This document shows positions 43,644 through 53,288 of a stretch of DNA of 64,000 nt, piece after piece; positions within the stretch are counted from its first letter, which is position 1, and every line of letters starts with the position of its first letter. The position numbers and the translations under genes were made by a program. This DNA is from Gemmatimonadales bacterium (GTDB taxonomy: Bacteria; Gemmatimonadota; Gemmatimonadetes; Gemmatimonadales; GWC2-71-9), in NCBI GenBank assembly GCA_036393515.1, contig DASWGV010000207.1, positions 15,323 through 79,322 on the forward strand. Direction: 5' to 3'. Under the pieces are notes generated by a model, which searched no databases, had not been told where the DNA came from, and saw nothing but the letters and a program-made list of their open reading frames with translations.

Positions 43644-46175
43644 ATGACCAGGCGTGTGTGGGGGCGGCTCGCGTTAGGGGCGTTGGTCGTGGCGCTGCCT
43701 CTGGGACGCTGGCTTGCGCTCCGCAGCGCCGACCGCGTGTGGGCGGAGTCCACCGGCGTGGTCGCCACCCATACGGCGATCGCCAATCTCCGGGTGATCC
43801 TGCTTGGACTCACGTTCACGGTTGCCGCTGTGTGGGCCGTCGGCAATCTCTACTTTCTGTATCGATCCATCGGGTCGGTGCACGTGCCTCGGCGGCTGGG
43901 GAACATCGAGATTCTCGAGGCCGTTCCCCGACGATACCTCCAGGTCATCATGCTCGCGCTGGGAGGAGTGATCGCCGCGGGGCTCAGCATCGGCGCGCGC
44001 GACTGGTGGCGCGAGTTCGCGCTCCTCGGATCCAGCGCGGGCCTGGGTGATCGCGATCCGGTCCTGGGCCGAGAGATCGGCTACTACCTCTTCACGCTCC
44101 CCTGGCAGGACCGGGTGGTCGGATTCTTCACCCGGCTCACCGGAACGGTGCTGGTGGTCACGACGGCGCTGCACACGCTGATCGGGGCCGTGCGGTGGAC
44201 CGGCCGGCGATTGGAGACCACGGATCTGGCCCGCGCCCACCTCGCGATCCAATTGGCCACGCTGGCGGCGGTGTTGTTCGTGGGGTTCCGCCTTGATCCC
44301 TCCGAGTATGTGGCCGGGCTGAAGAACGTCCCCTACGACGCGATTCTGATGGACATCCGCCTCCCCGTGGCCGCCCTGCTCTCGGGACTGGCCCTGGCGT
44401 CGGGGATCACGGCCCTGGCCTGGATTCGGATCCCTCGGGTCGCGGTGACGGCGGTTCCGTGGGGCGCCCTGGCGGTGGTCGCCGTGGTAGGGACCTACTT
44501 TGTGCCGGGATTCGCGGCGGCCGCGCGGGGTCCAGAGCAACGGGTACGCCGGGACCTGGTGGACGCGCAGCGGGGCATGCTGGCGAGCGCCTTTGGCATG
44601 CGGCTCTCGGAGACCGAAGTCCAGCCTCCCGCCACACTAGATGTGGGAATGCTCACCCGCCACGGGTCCGCTCTGAGCGGCGTGCCCGTGTGGGATCCTC
44701 CCATTCTGCGGGCCGTTCTCGCAGGTAGCGGCCTGGCCGCGCCGGACGAGCGCTGGACCGAGCCGGCGCTGAGTGTCTACCGGGCGCGCGGCGGCCAATC
44801 CGTGCCGCTGTTCATCGCGGTCCGCGAGCGCGACCTCGTAGCCGCGCGCCAAACCGACCCGGATCTCTCCTGGCGCCAGGCGCACGCCGGGCCGCGGGCG
44901 TACGGAGGCGGGGCCGTCGCTGTGAGCGCCGGCCTGGTGTACCCGACCGGCATGCCCGCGTTCGTCCCGGACCTCAGCGCGCCGGACTCGTCCACGCCGC
45001 AGGTTACCGATCTGGTCCTGGCGGCTGACCGTATCGCGTTCAGTCCGGCGGCGGAGCCGTTCGCGGTCCGTGAGCCAACGGATGCGCCGTCGGCGGGGAC
45101 CGGAGTGCCTATCCGCGGGCCAGGACGTCGGCTGGCGTTTGCCTGGGCGCTGCAGACCACGCGACTCTTGTCCCGGGACGCGGTGCCGGCGGGGAGCGTG
45201 CTCCTGTGGCCCCGAGGCATTGCGGACCGACTCGAGCGGTTCGCTCCGTTTGCGCGGTTCGGCGCTCCCTACCCGGTGATCGTGAACGCGCGGGTGTTGT
45301 GGCTCGCGTCCGGCTACGTGAGCGGCCCGGCGTTCCCCCTGTCCGTGGCCGCCGATTTTGGGGGCCGCCGCGTGCGGTATGTTGGGGCTGGGCTCCTCGG
45401 CGTGGTGGATGCGAGTGACGGGCACACCAGTGTATACCTCCTGCCCGAGTCGGACCCGCTCAGTCGGGCATGGGCGGCGCTCGCCCCGGACGTGGTCCAG
45501 GTGGCTGATCGCCTGCCTCCGGCCGTCGCTCCCCACGTCCGCTACCCTGAGGAGCTTCTCGCGCTCCAGCTGCCGCTGGCACTCGGTGGCGGGGCCGGGG
45601 GGCTCCCGCGTCTGCCGGCTCGCGGCGGGAGTGAGGACCCACCAGCCACATGGCTGCCGGCGGCGGTGCTTGGGGGAGCGGTGGAGGGTGTGACGTTGCA
45701 CGCCGTGGCCCACGGCGCGTCGGGATCGTTGGAGGCGACCGTGGACGGGGTGATGGAGCGCGGCGCGGCGCGCTTGGTGGTGACCCGGCTGCGCGAGCCC
45801 GTACCCATGCGGCCGGCGTCGGTGCCAGAGGATGCGGTGGCGGGGAGAACCCGCGCCCTGGTTTTTGCTGACGGTGTGGTCCGGATCACGCCGGCCTTCA
45901 TTCAGGGGGGCGCGGACGGCGAGTCGCCTCGGTTTCGCGAGCTGACGCTTGAGACCGGGGACGCAGCCGCTCGAGGAGCGACGCTGCCGGAGGCCCTCAC
46001 GCGGTTGCGAGCCCTGATCGGCACCTCACCAGGTACCGGAGCCCAGTGGGCTGAGGCCCGGCGATGGTTCGTCCGCATGGACCATGCGCGCCGGTCGGGG
46101 GACTGGGTCGAGTTCGGCCGTGCATGGCGCGAGTTGGAGCGGTTGCTCGGTGCGGCGTCCGATAGGGCCCGCTGA
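43644..46175 (+). CDS. UPF0182-family large membrane protein
   Basis: N-terminal polytopic region with the family-typical DPVLGREIGYYLFTLPW block, then a ~550-aa soluble part. Assignment from memory of the UPF0182 signature. Confidence 0.65.
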   Translation: MTRRVWGRLALGALVVALPLGRWLALRSADRVWAESTGVVATHTAIANLRVILLGLTFTVAAVWAVGNLYFLYRSIGSVHVPRRLGNIEILEAVPRRYLQVIMLALGGVIAAGLSIGARDWWREFALLGSSAGLGDRDPVLGREIGYYLFTLPWQDRVVGFFTRLTGTVLVVTTALHTLIGAVRWTGRRLETTDLARAHLAIQLATLAAVLFVGFRLDPSEYVAGLKNVPYDAILMDIRLPVAALLSGLALASGITALAWIRIPRVAVTAVPWGALAVVAVVGTYFVPGFAAAARGPEQRVRRDLVDAQRGMLASAFGMRLSETEVQPPATLDVGMLTRHGSALSGVPVWDPPILRAVLAGSGLAAPDERWTEPALSVYRARGGQSVPLFIAVRERDLVAARQTDPDLSWRQAHAGPRAYGGGAVAVSAGLVYPTGMPAFVPDLSAPDSSTPQVTDLVLAADRIAFSPAAEPFAVREPTDAPSAGTGVPIRGPGRRLAFAWALQTTRLLSRDAVPAGSVLLWPRGIADRLERFAPFARFGAPYPVIVNARVLWLASGYVSGPAFPLSVAADFGGRRVRYVGAGLLGVVDASDGHTSVYLLPESDPLSRAWAALAPDVVQVADRLPPAVAPHVRYPEELLALQLPLALGGGAGGLPRLPARGGSEDPPATWLPAAVLGGAVEGVTLHAVAHGASGSLEATVDGVMERGAARLVVTRLREPVPMRPASVPEDAVAGRTRALVFADGVVRITPAFIQGGADGESPRFRELTLETGDAAARGATLPEALTRLRALIGTSPGTGAQWAEARRWFVRMDHARRSGDWVEFGRAWRELERLLGAASDRAR

Positions 46176-46180
46176 CCCGG

Positions 46181-46209
46181 TTGCTGGGGCCCGGGTGCGT
46201 CGCTAGGTT
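46181..46209 (+). promoter_or_regulatory. sucC promoter candidate TTGCTG-N17-TAGGTT
   Basis: TTGCTG at 46181-46186, 17-nt spacer, TAGGTT at 46204-46209. GGAGGGAG Shine-Dalgarno at about 46255-46262, before GTG 46269. Confidence 0.3.
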
Positions 46210-46268
46210 GATGCGCCTTCGCGATCCCCGTTCCCGCCGCATGTCGTTGTGCTCGGAGGGAGTCTCGA

Positions 46269-47405
46269 GTGAATCTGCACGAGTACCAGGCGCGCGCTTT
46301 GCTCAAGGGCGCGGGCATCCCGGTTCCAGACGGCGAGGTGGCGGAAACGGCCGAGCAAGCCGCGGCGATTGCCGGCCGGTTCGGCCGCGCGGTGGTGGTC
46401 AAGGCTCAGGTGCACGCCGGGGGGCGGGGGAAGGCTGGAGGCGTGAAACTGGCCCGCGATGCCGCGGAGGCGCGGGAGCGTGCGCGCGACATCCTGCGTC
46501 TCCGCATCAAGGGCCTTCCCGTGAAGAAGGTCTTGGTGGCGCCCGCCGCCGACATCGCCTCCGAGAGTTACCTGGGTATCATCGTTGACCGCGCCACGCA
46601 ATGTCCGGTGGTGATGGTGAGTCCCGCTGGCGGCGTGGATATTGAAGAGGTCGCGGCGGCCACGCCGGAGAAGATCTTCCGGACGGCGGTGGACGCGCGC
46701 TATGGGCTCCTGCCGCACCAGGCCCTGGGGCTCGCTTTCCGCCTGTATCCGGACCTGGCGCGGGCCCGTCAGGCCGCGGCGATCATGCGACAGCTCTACC
46801 AGGCGTTCTTCGCCACCGGCGCTTCGCTGGTTGAGATCAACCCGCTGATCAGCACGCCCGAGGGGGCCGTCGTGGCCCTGGATGCCAAGCTCGTCGTGGA
46901 CGACAATGAGTTGGAGCGCCGTCCCCAAATCGCCGCCCTGCGCGACGCGAGCGCCGAGCTCGAGGCCGAGATCCGGGCGCGCGCCGCCGGATTGTCCTAC
47001 ATCCAGCTCAGCGGCAACGTCGGGTGTTGTGTCAACGGCGCCGGCCTGGCCATGGCCACGATGGACCTGGTGAAGTACTACGGTGGCGAGCCGGCGAACT
47101 TCCTGGATATCGGAGGGAGCAGCAATCCTCAGAAGGTCGTGGACGCGCTCACCATCATCAGCGCCGATCGCAACGTGCGGAGCATTCTCTTCAACATCTT
47201 CGGCGGCATCACGCGATGCGACGACGTCGCGAACGGGATTGTGGCCGCGACGCGCCAGATCACCCTCGACCGGCCCATCGTGATCAGGCTCACCGGGACC
47301 AACGAAGCGTTGGCGGTGGACATCCTGAAGGGCGCCGGCTTTTCAGCCCTGACCGACATGGATGAGGCGGTGCAGCAGGCGGTGCGTCTGGGGGCGGCCG
47401 GGTGA
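46269..47405 (+). CDS. sucC: Succinate--CoA ligase [ADP-forming] subunit beta
   Basis: (M)[11 protein letters not shown] and [15 protein letters not shown] start preceded by a strong SD. Confidence 0.95.
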   Translation: MNLHEYQARALLKGAGIPVPDGEVAETAEQAAAIAGRFGRAVVVKAQVHAGGRGKAGGVKLARDAAEARERARDILRLRIKGLPVKKVLVAPAADIASESYLGIIVDRATQCPVVMVSPAGGVDIEEVAAATPEKIFRTAVDARYGLLPHQALGLAFRLYPDLARARQAAAIMRQLYQAFFATGASLVEINPLISTPEGAVVALDAKLVVDDNELERRPQIAALRDASAELEAEIRARAAGLSYIQLSGNVGCCVNGAGLAMATMDLVKYYGGEPANFLDIGGSSNPQKVVDALTIISADRNVRSILFNIFGGITRCDDVANGIVAATRQITLDRPIVIRLTGTNEALAVDILKGAGFSALTDMDEAVQQAVRLGAAG

Positions 47406-48280
47406 GCGTGTTCATTAATCACGATACCCGGCTGGTGGTGCAGGGCATCACCGGCCGGGACGGGTCGTTCCACGCGCGCCAGATGCTGGAGTACGGCACG
47501 GCGATCGTGGCGGGCGTGACGCCAGGCAAGGGCGGCCAAACGTTCGAGCAGCGGGTGCCGGTCTTCAACACCGTGGCCGAGGCGGCGCGGGAAACCGGCG
47601 CGAATGCGTCCGTGATCTACGTGCCGGCCGGGTTTGCTGCGGACGCCATTTACGAAGCGGCCGACGCTGGTCTCAAGATGATCGTGTGCATCACTGAGGG
47701 TATTCCGGTACTGGACATGACGCGCGTGCTGCCCTACGTGCGCGAGCGGGGCGCCCGACTCCTCGGGCCCAACTGTCCGGGGGCCATCTCGCCGGGGGAG
47801 TGCAAGGTGGGAATCATTCCCGGCCAAATCTGCCGGCCGGGATCCATCGGCGTGGTCTCGCGCAGCGGGACGCTGACGTACGAGATCGTTCATCAGCTGT
47901 CCGGGGCCGGCTTGGGCCAATCCACCTGCGTGGGGATCGGGGGCGATCCCCTGATCGGTACGAGCTTCGTGGATTGTCTCGAGGCCTTCCAGAACGACCC
48001 GGCCACCGAGGCAATCGTGATGATCGGTGAAATCGGGGGCACGGATGAGCAGACGGCCGCCCGCGCGGTACGGGAGCGGATCACCAAGCCTGTGGTCGGC
48101 TTCATCGCCGGGCAAACGGCACCGCCTGGGCGGCGGATGGGGCATGCCGGCGCCATCATCTCAGGCTCCAGCGGCACCGCCGCCGAGAAGATGGCAGCCT
48201 TCCGGGACGCGGGAATCGCCGTGATGAATCGGCCCGCGGATGTCGTCCCGCTGATCCGCGAACGCCGCTCGATCCCGTGA
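47402..48280 (+). CDS. sucD: Succinate--CoA ligase subunit alpha
   Basis: [28 protein letters not shown] and [10 protein letters not shown] (phospho-His loop). GTGA overlap with sucC. Confidence 0.95.
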   Translation: MSVFINHDTRLVVQGITGRDGSFHARQMLEYGTAIVAGVTPGKGGQTFEQRVPVFNTVAEAARETGANASVIYVPAGFAADAIYEAADAGLKMIVCITEGIPVLDMTRVLPYVRERGARLLGPNCPGAISPGECKVGIIPGQICRPGSIGVVSRSGTLTYEIVHQLSGAGLGQSTCVGIGGDPLIGTSFVDCLEAFQNDPATEAIVMIGEIGGTDEQTAARAVRERITKPVVGFIAGQTAPPGRRMGHAGAIISGSSGTAAEKMAAFRDAGIAVMNRPADVVPLIRERRSIP

Positions 48281-49179
48281 AGCTGGCAGACCTCCTCGCC
48301 GTCGAGCGCGTGGTTCTGCCGCTTGAGGCAGCCACGCTGGCGGAAGCGGCGGCGCGCCTGGCGGACGCGGTGATCGCAAGCGGCGCCGCCGGGGATCCGG
48401 GCCGCCTGCGTTCACTCATGGCCGACATGCGTCCGCGTGAGGTCGTCCCCATGGGGGGCCACGGGTTCCTGTTGCAGCTGCGGTCGGACGCCGTGCGACA
48501 CGTCACCGTAGCGCTGGGGATCGCTCCCCGTCCGGTCCCACGTCGCGCCGGGGGCCTCAAGGGCGCCCGGATCATCGCCCTGGTAATCGGCCCGCCGAGA
48601 GAAGGGTCAGTCTATCTTCAGGTTCTCAGTGCTGTGGGGCGCGCATTGGGCCGCCGAGAGGTGGTGCAGGCCCTGCTTGGGGCGACGACGGCGTCCGACG
48701 TCATCTCGCGAACGCCTTTGGCGGATGTGGCGCTGGCGGGCGAGCTCACGGTGCGTGACTTCATGACTCCCGAGGTCCAGCCCCTGCGGCCGGACGCCAC
48801 CGTCGAAGAGGCGGCGGCCGCGCTGGTGCGGCGCGGGGTGACCGCGGTGCCGGTCGTGTCCGAGAATGACGAGGTCCTGGGGATGCTGGGGCACCGTGAC
48901 CTGCTACGGGTTCTGCTACCGCAGTACGTCCGCCGTGTTGCCACCGGCGAATTTCTGGCGTCTTCCAGGCCGGCACGCGCCGGAGGTGCGGCGGATGCTC
49001 CGCGCGTGCGGGACGTCATGGACCGTGCCGTCATGTGCCTCTCGGAAGAGCAGTCGCTGGAGGAGGTGGCCAGCGTGATCGTGTCGCGAGACCGCGACCG
49101 TTTTCCGGTGGTGCGTGATGGGGTGCTCGTGGGCGTAATCTCCCGCGGCGATATCGTCACCCGGATCTGTGGGCCCTAG
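48277..49179 (+). CDS. PTS-EIIA(Ntr/fructose)-like domain fused to a CBS pair
   Basis: N-terminus [32 protein letters not shown] resembles EIIA type 2. C-terminal half has two CBS repeats ([22 protein letters not shown]...[20 protein letters not shown] and [22 protein letters not shown]...[19 protein letters not shown]). GTGA overlap with sucD. Confidence 0.7.
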   Translation: MKLADLLAVERVVLPLEAATLAEAAARLADAVIASGAAGDPGRLRSLMADMRPREVVPMGGHGFLLQLRSDAVRHVTVALGIAPRPVPRRAGGLKGARIIALVIGPPREGSVYLQVLSAVGRALGRREVVQALLGATTASDVISRTPLADVALAGELTVRDFMTPEVQPLRPDATVEEAAAALVRRGVTAVPVVSENDEVLGMLGHRDLLRVLLPQYVRRVATGEFLASSRPARAGGAADAPRVRDVMDRAVMCLSEEQSLEEVASVIVSRDRDRFPVVRDGVLVGVISRGDIVTRICGP

Positions 49180-49187
49180 CAAAGGCC

Positions 49188-49625
49188 ATGTACACCCTCG
49201 CCATCATCAAGCCTGACGCCGTGGCGTCCGGACAGACCGGACGCATCATCGCGCTCCTGGAAGAGCGGGGCTTTCATATCGGCGCCGCGCGGCTTATGCG
49301 GCTGTCCGTACCGGAGGCCGAGGCCTTCTACGACGTGCATCGCGAGCGTCCCTTCTATCGGCCGCTGGTGAACTTCATGACGTCCGGTCCGTGCCTGCCC
49401 CTGGTGCTGGAGCACCCGAACGCGGTGGCCTATCTGCGTGAGGTGATCGGGGCCACCGACCCCGCCCAGGCGGCGCCAGGAACGGTCCGGCAGTTGTACG
49501 CCGAGTCCAAGGAACGCAACGCCATCCACGCGTCGGATTCACCGGAAAACGCTGGGCGCGAGGTGGCGTTCTTCTTCAGCGAAGGCGAGCTGCGGCGCCT
49601 CATGGGCGCGATCCCCCGTCGTTGA
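49188..49625 (+). CDS. ndk: Nucleoside-diphosphate kinase
   Basis: TLAIIKPDAV and NAIHASDS (active-site His). Confidence 0.95.
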   Translation: MYTLAIIKPDAVASGQTGRIIALLEERGFHIGAARLMRLSVPEAEAFYDVHRERPFYRPLVNFMTSGPCLPLVLEHPNAVAYLREVIGATDPAQAAPGTVRQLYAESKERNAIHASDSPENAGREVAFFFSEGELRRLMGAIPRR

Positions 49626-49659
49626 CCGAAGTGTGTGCCAGGACTAGCTTTACAAGCTA
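49622..49659 (+). promoter_or_regulatory. Promoter candidate TTGACC-N17-TAGCTT with a 15-bp palindrome TAGCTT-TAC-AAGCTA abutting the yceD start
   Basis: TTGACC at 49622-49627 (overlaps the ndk stop), 17-nt spacer, TAGCTT at 49645-49650. The palindrome spans 49645-49659 and its last base is the A of ATG 49659. Confidence 0.3.
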
Positions 49660-50174
49660 TGCTGCGGGTCGACATCAGGGCGGTTGACCGGGGTCCGGTC
49701 GAGACCACGGCGTCGCTCTCGCCCGACGACCCGGCCGTGCGGGCCGCCGGGATTGAGTTGGCCGAACCGGCGCGCGTGAGCGGGCGGCTGTCCGCGGCTG
49801 GTCCGGGGCAGTATTACTGGGCCGCCCGTCTCAAGGCCCGTGTGGCGACCAGCTGCCGGCGCTGCTTGCGGGACGTCGCGGTGGCGGTCGAGGCGCCCAT
49901 CGCGACCTTGTTCACCGATGACGCCGGCAGCGAGGATCCGTCGGCCCGCGTCATCCCGGCCCGTGCCACCACGCTCGACCTGAGTGAGCCGATACGCGAA
50001 GAGCTGATCCTGGCCGTGCCGGAGTTCGTGGTGTGTCGGGACGACTGCCGCGGGCTTTGCGCGCGGTGTGGGAAGGACTTGAACGTGGGGCCCTGTTCCT
50101 GTGCCCCGGAGCCCGACGGCCGGTGGGCGGCGTTGGAGGCGCTCCGTGGTACCCGGCCCCCTGACCCGAGGTAA
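49659..50174 (+). CDS. yceD: YceD/DUF177-family protein (23S rRNA accumulation protein)
   Basis: Conserved position upstream of rpmF-plsX. C-terminal CRDDCRGLCARCGKDLNVGPCSC Cys cluster. ATG 49659 preferred (alternative GTG 49635). Confidence 0.8.
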   Translation: MLRVDIRAVDRGPVETTASLSPDDPAVRAAGIELAEPARVSGRLSAAGPGQYYWAARLKARVATSCRRCLRDVAVAVEAPIATLFTDDAGSEDPSARVIPARATTLDLSEPIREELILAVPEFVVCRDDCRGLCARCGKDLNVGPCSCAPEPDGRWAALEALRGTRPPDPR

Positions 50175-50177
50175 GCC

Positions 50178-50366
50178 ATGGCTGTCCCGAAGAGACGCAC
50201 GTCCAAGAGCAAGAAACGCAAACGCCGGAACCACTATCGCGCGGCGCCCGTCGCGGTGCAGGCGTGTCCCCGCTGCGGCGATCCCAAGCGGCCGCACCGA
50301 GTGTGTCCCACGTGCGGCTACTACGCCGGCGAGAAGCGCGTGGAGGTCGAGGACGCCACGGCGTGA
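50178..50366 (+). CDS. rpmF: 50S ribosomal protein L32 (zinc-ribbon form)
   Basis: MAVPKRRTSKSKKRKRR, with CPRCG...CPTCG. Confidence 0.95.
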   Translation: MAVPKRRTSKSKKRKRRNHYRAAPVAVQACPRCGDPKRPHRVCPTCGYYAGEKRVEVEDATA

Positions 50367-51358
50367 TCCGCATTGCGCTGGACGCGATGGGCGGGGATCA
50401 CGCCCCCGACATCCCCGTGGAGGGAGCGCTCCAGGCGCTGGCGGAGCTTCCCCCAGGCACGTGCCAGGTGCTCCTGGTGGGCCGACGGGGAGACATCGAG
50501 GGCGCGTTGTCCCGCTGCGGCGGCGCGCAGGACGGGATCGCCATCGTGGACGCCCCCGATGTGGTGGGCATGGGCGAGAAACCGCTCGCCGCCGTGCGGG
50601 GCAAGCGGCGATCATCCATCGCGGTCGGACTGGACCTGCAAAAACGTGGGGAGGCGGATGCCTTTATCTCCGCCGGCAACACCGGTGCCGTCATGGCCGC
50701 CAGCACCTTGCTCCTGGGCCTCCACCCTGGCGTGGACCGTCCCGCTATCGGCGCGCTCTTCCCCAGCGGGGGCCGGCCCGTGCTGGTGATGGATGCCGGG
50801 GCCAACGTGGACTGTAGCGCGCGCGAGCTGTCCGGGTTCGCCCACATCGGCGCGGTGTATGCCCGCGACGTGCTGGGGCGCCCGGACCCCGTGGTGGGTC
50901 TACTCAACATTGGTGAGGAAGACGAGAAAGGCAACGCGGCCGTGAAGGAGGCGTTTCAGCTGCTCAAGGACAGCTCGGGGTTCCGATTCGCCGGCAACGT
51001 GGAGGGACGGGACATCCTGCGGGCCGAGTGTGACGTGATCGTCTGTGACGGATTCGTCGGCAATGTCGTGCTCAAGTTTTACGAATCCGTCGCGCGGCTG
51101 TTTCGGGGGCTCCTGGAAAAGGAAATGGAGCCCGCGGTGCTGGAGAGTCCCGGGGCTCGCCACGTCTTCAAGGTGCTCGACTACTCGGAATACGGCGGGG
51201 CCCCCCTGCTGGGGATCCGCGGCGTGGCGATCATCTGTCATGGGGCCAGCCCGGCGCGGGCCGTCAAGAACGCCATTCGCGTGGCGCTCCAGGCAGTCCA
51301 AAGCCACCTCAGTCAGCACATCGGCGCGGAGTTCGCGGGCGACGGGGCGGCGGCATGA
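50363..51358 (+). CDS. plsX: Phosphate acyltransferase PlsX
   Basis: IALDAMGGDHAP. GTG 50363 overlaps the rpmF stop (GTGA); the track start at 50264 is discounted. Confidence 0.93.
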   Translation: MIRIALDAMGGDHAPDIPVEGALQALAELPPGTCQVLLVGRRGDIEGALSRCGGAQDGIAIVDAPDVVGMGEKPLAAVRGKRRSSIAVGLDLQKRGEADAFISAGNTGAVMAASTLLLGLHPGVDRPAIGALFPSGGRPVLVMDAGANVDCSARELSGFAHIGAVYARDVLGRPDPVVGLLNIGEEDEKGNAAVKEAFQLLKDSSGFRFAGNVEGRDILRAECDVIVCDGFVGNVVLKFYESVARLFRGLLEKEMEPAVLESPGARHVFKVLDYSEYGGAPLLGIRGVAIICHGASPARAVKNAIRVALQAVQSHLSQHIGAEFAGDGAAA

Positions 51359-52347
51359 AACGACCCTTCGCCGAGCTGGTGGGCACGGGCCGGTATACGC
51401 CCGTACGGGTATTGACCAATGCCGAGCTGGAGCGCCTGGTGGACACGTCCGACGAGTGGATTGTGGAGCGGACCGGCATCCGGGAGCGGCATATCGCCGG
51501 CCCGGACGAGACCGTGGCCCAAATGTCTCGGCTGGCGGCCGATCAGGTGCTGTCCCAGGCGGGGATCGGGCCGCTGGACCTCGACGCGATCGTGATGGGG
51601 ACGGCGTCGCCGGACCGCTTGCTGCCTTCCTCGGCCTGCGATCTCCAGGCCCTGCTCGGGGCCGAGCGCGCGGCGGCCTTCGACGTGCAGGCGGCCTGCT
51701 CCGGGTTTCTCTACGGGCTCACGGTGGCGGAGGGATTGGTGAGCTCCGGCATGGCGCGGAACGTCCTGGTCGTGGGCGCCGAGCGACTCTCGACCATCAC
51801 CGACTATCAGGACCGCTCGACCTGTATCCTGTTCGGCGACGGCGCCGGAGCCACGCTGGTGCGTCCCGTCGCCAACGGCAACGGTCGCGGCATCCTGGCC
51901 AGCTACCTCAAATCCGACGGCCGGTTAGCCGAATTGCTGTACAGGCCCGGCGGCGGCGGGTGTCACCCGCCGGACGAACGGTTGCTCGCGGATCGCGGGT
52001 ACTTCATCAAGATGGCGGGCCGGGAAGTGTTCAAGTCGGCCGTCCGGTCCATGGCCGACGCGTGTGACCAGGCGCTCCGGCGAGCCGGCCTCACCTCCGC
52101 CGATGTGGACGTGCTGATCCCGCATCAAGCCAACATCCGGATCATCGAGGCCACGGCCAAGCATGCCGGTATTCCCATGGAGAAGGTCTACGTCAATGTG
52201 GACCGCTATGGGAACACCTCGGCCGCGTCCATCCCACTGGCGCTGGATGAGTGCGTGCGCGAGGGGCGGGTGCGCGCTGGCTCGGTCGTGCTGATGGTCG
52301 CCTTCGGTGGCGGGTTTACCTGGGCAAGTGTGGTTGTGCGGTGGTGA
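51355..52347 (+). CDS. fabH: 3-oxoacyl-ACP synthase III
   Basis: AACSGFLYGL (Cys), HQANIRI and GNTSAASIPLAL. ATGA overlap with plsX. Confidence 0.95.
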   Translation: MKRPFAELVGTGRYTPVRVLTNAELERLVDTSDEWIVERTGIRERHIAGPDETVAQMSRLAADQVLSQAGIGPLDLDAIVMGTASPDRLLPSSACDLQALLGAERAAAFDVQAACSGFLYGLTVAEGLVSSGMARNVLVVGAERLSTITDYQDRSTCILFGDGAGATLVRPVANGNGRGILASYLKSDGRLAELLYRPGGGGCHPPDERLLADRGYFIKMAGREVFKSAVRSMADACDQALRRAGLTSADVDVLIPHQANIRIIEATAKHAGIPMEKVYVNVDRYGNTSAASIPLALDECVREGRVRAGSVVLMVAFGGGFTWASVVVRW

Positions 52348-53288
52348 ACGCCGTGCTGCTGTGCCCCGGCCAGGGAGCGCAGCGGGTCGGCATGGGGAAG
52401 GACCTGGCCGCGCGGTTCCCGGCGGCGCGCGCGGTGTTCGAGGCGGTGGACGAGGCGCTGGGGGTGGCGCTCTCTCGTCTGATGTGGGAGGGGCCGGAGG
52501 ACGACCTCACCCTGACGCATAACGCACAGCCCGCCATTCTAGCCCATACGCTCGCGGCGCACGCAGCCCTCGGCAGCGCCCCGCGCCCGGTGGCGGCCGC
52601 CGGTCATTCGCTGGGTGAGTACTCGGCCTACGCCGCTGCTGTCTCCCTGGGGGTCGCCGATGCCGCGCGCCTGGTGCGACGGCGCGGGGAGTTGATGCGT
52701 GAGGCCGGCGAGCGGCGCTCCGGAACCATGGCGGCCGTGCTCGGGCTGGCGTCCGCGATCGTGGAAGCACAATGTCGCGCGGCGAGTGACGGCGGAGCCG
52801 TGGTGGTGGCGGCCAACCTCAATGCACCGGACCAAACAGTGATTTCTGGCGACCCCGCGGCGGTCCAACGAGCCGGTGAGCTGTGCCGGGCGGCCGGCGC
52901 CAAGCGTGTGGCCGCCCTGAAGGTCAGCGGGGCCTTTCATTCGCCATTGATGCAGGCGGCTCAGGACGGCCTCCGCACTCTCTTGGAGCAGGTGCCGTTT
53001 CAGGATCCCGCGTTCCCGGTGGTGGCGAACGCCAACGCCGAGCCGGTGCGCACCGCGAGTGACGCGCGCCGGCTCCTGGCGCGGCAGCTCACCGCGCCGG
53101 TCCGGTGGGTGGAGTGCGTGAAGCGCCTTTGGGCCGACGCGGGCGGCGCCGCCGCGACGTTTCTGGAGATCGGTCCGGGCACCGTGCTCGCGGGCCTGGT
53201 GAAACGTATCGTGCCGGGGGCACGGGCGGTGAGCATCGGATCCGCCGACGATGTAGAAAAGTTCTTGGCGGCGCATGACCACCATTGA
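52344..53288 (+). CDS. fabD: Malonyl-CoA-ACP transacylase
   Basis: LCPGQGAQRVGMG and GHSLGEYSA. GTG 52344 overlaps the fabH stop (GTGA). Confidence 0.93.
   Translation: MNAVLLCPGQGAQRVGMGKDLAARFPAARAVFEAVDEALGVALSRLMWEGPEDDLTLTHNAQPAILAHTLAAHAALGSAPRPVAAAGHSLGEYSAYAAAVSLGVADAARLVRRRGELMREAGERRSGTMAAVLGLASAIVEAQCRAASDGGAVVVAANLNAPDQTVISGDPAAVQRAGELCRAAGAKRVAALKVSGAFHSPLMQAAQDGLRTLLEQVPFQDPAFPVVANANAEPVRTASDARRLLARQLTAPVRWVECVKRLWADAGGAAATFLEIGPGTVLAGLVKRIVPGARAVSIGSADDVEKFLAAHDHH

Noticed and set aside
49650-50615. 321-aa minus-strand ORF over yceD/rpmF/plsX
   Set aside because: Antisense to three conserved genes; Arg/Pro-rich.
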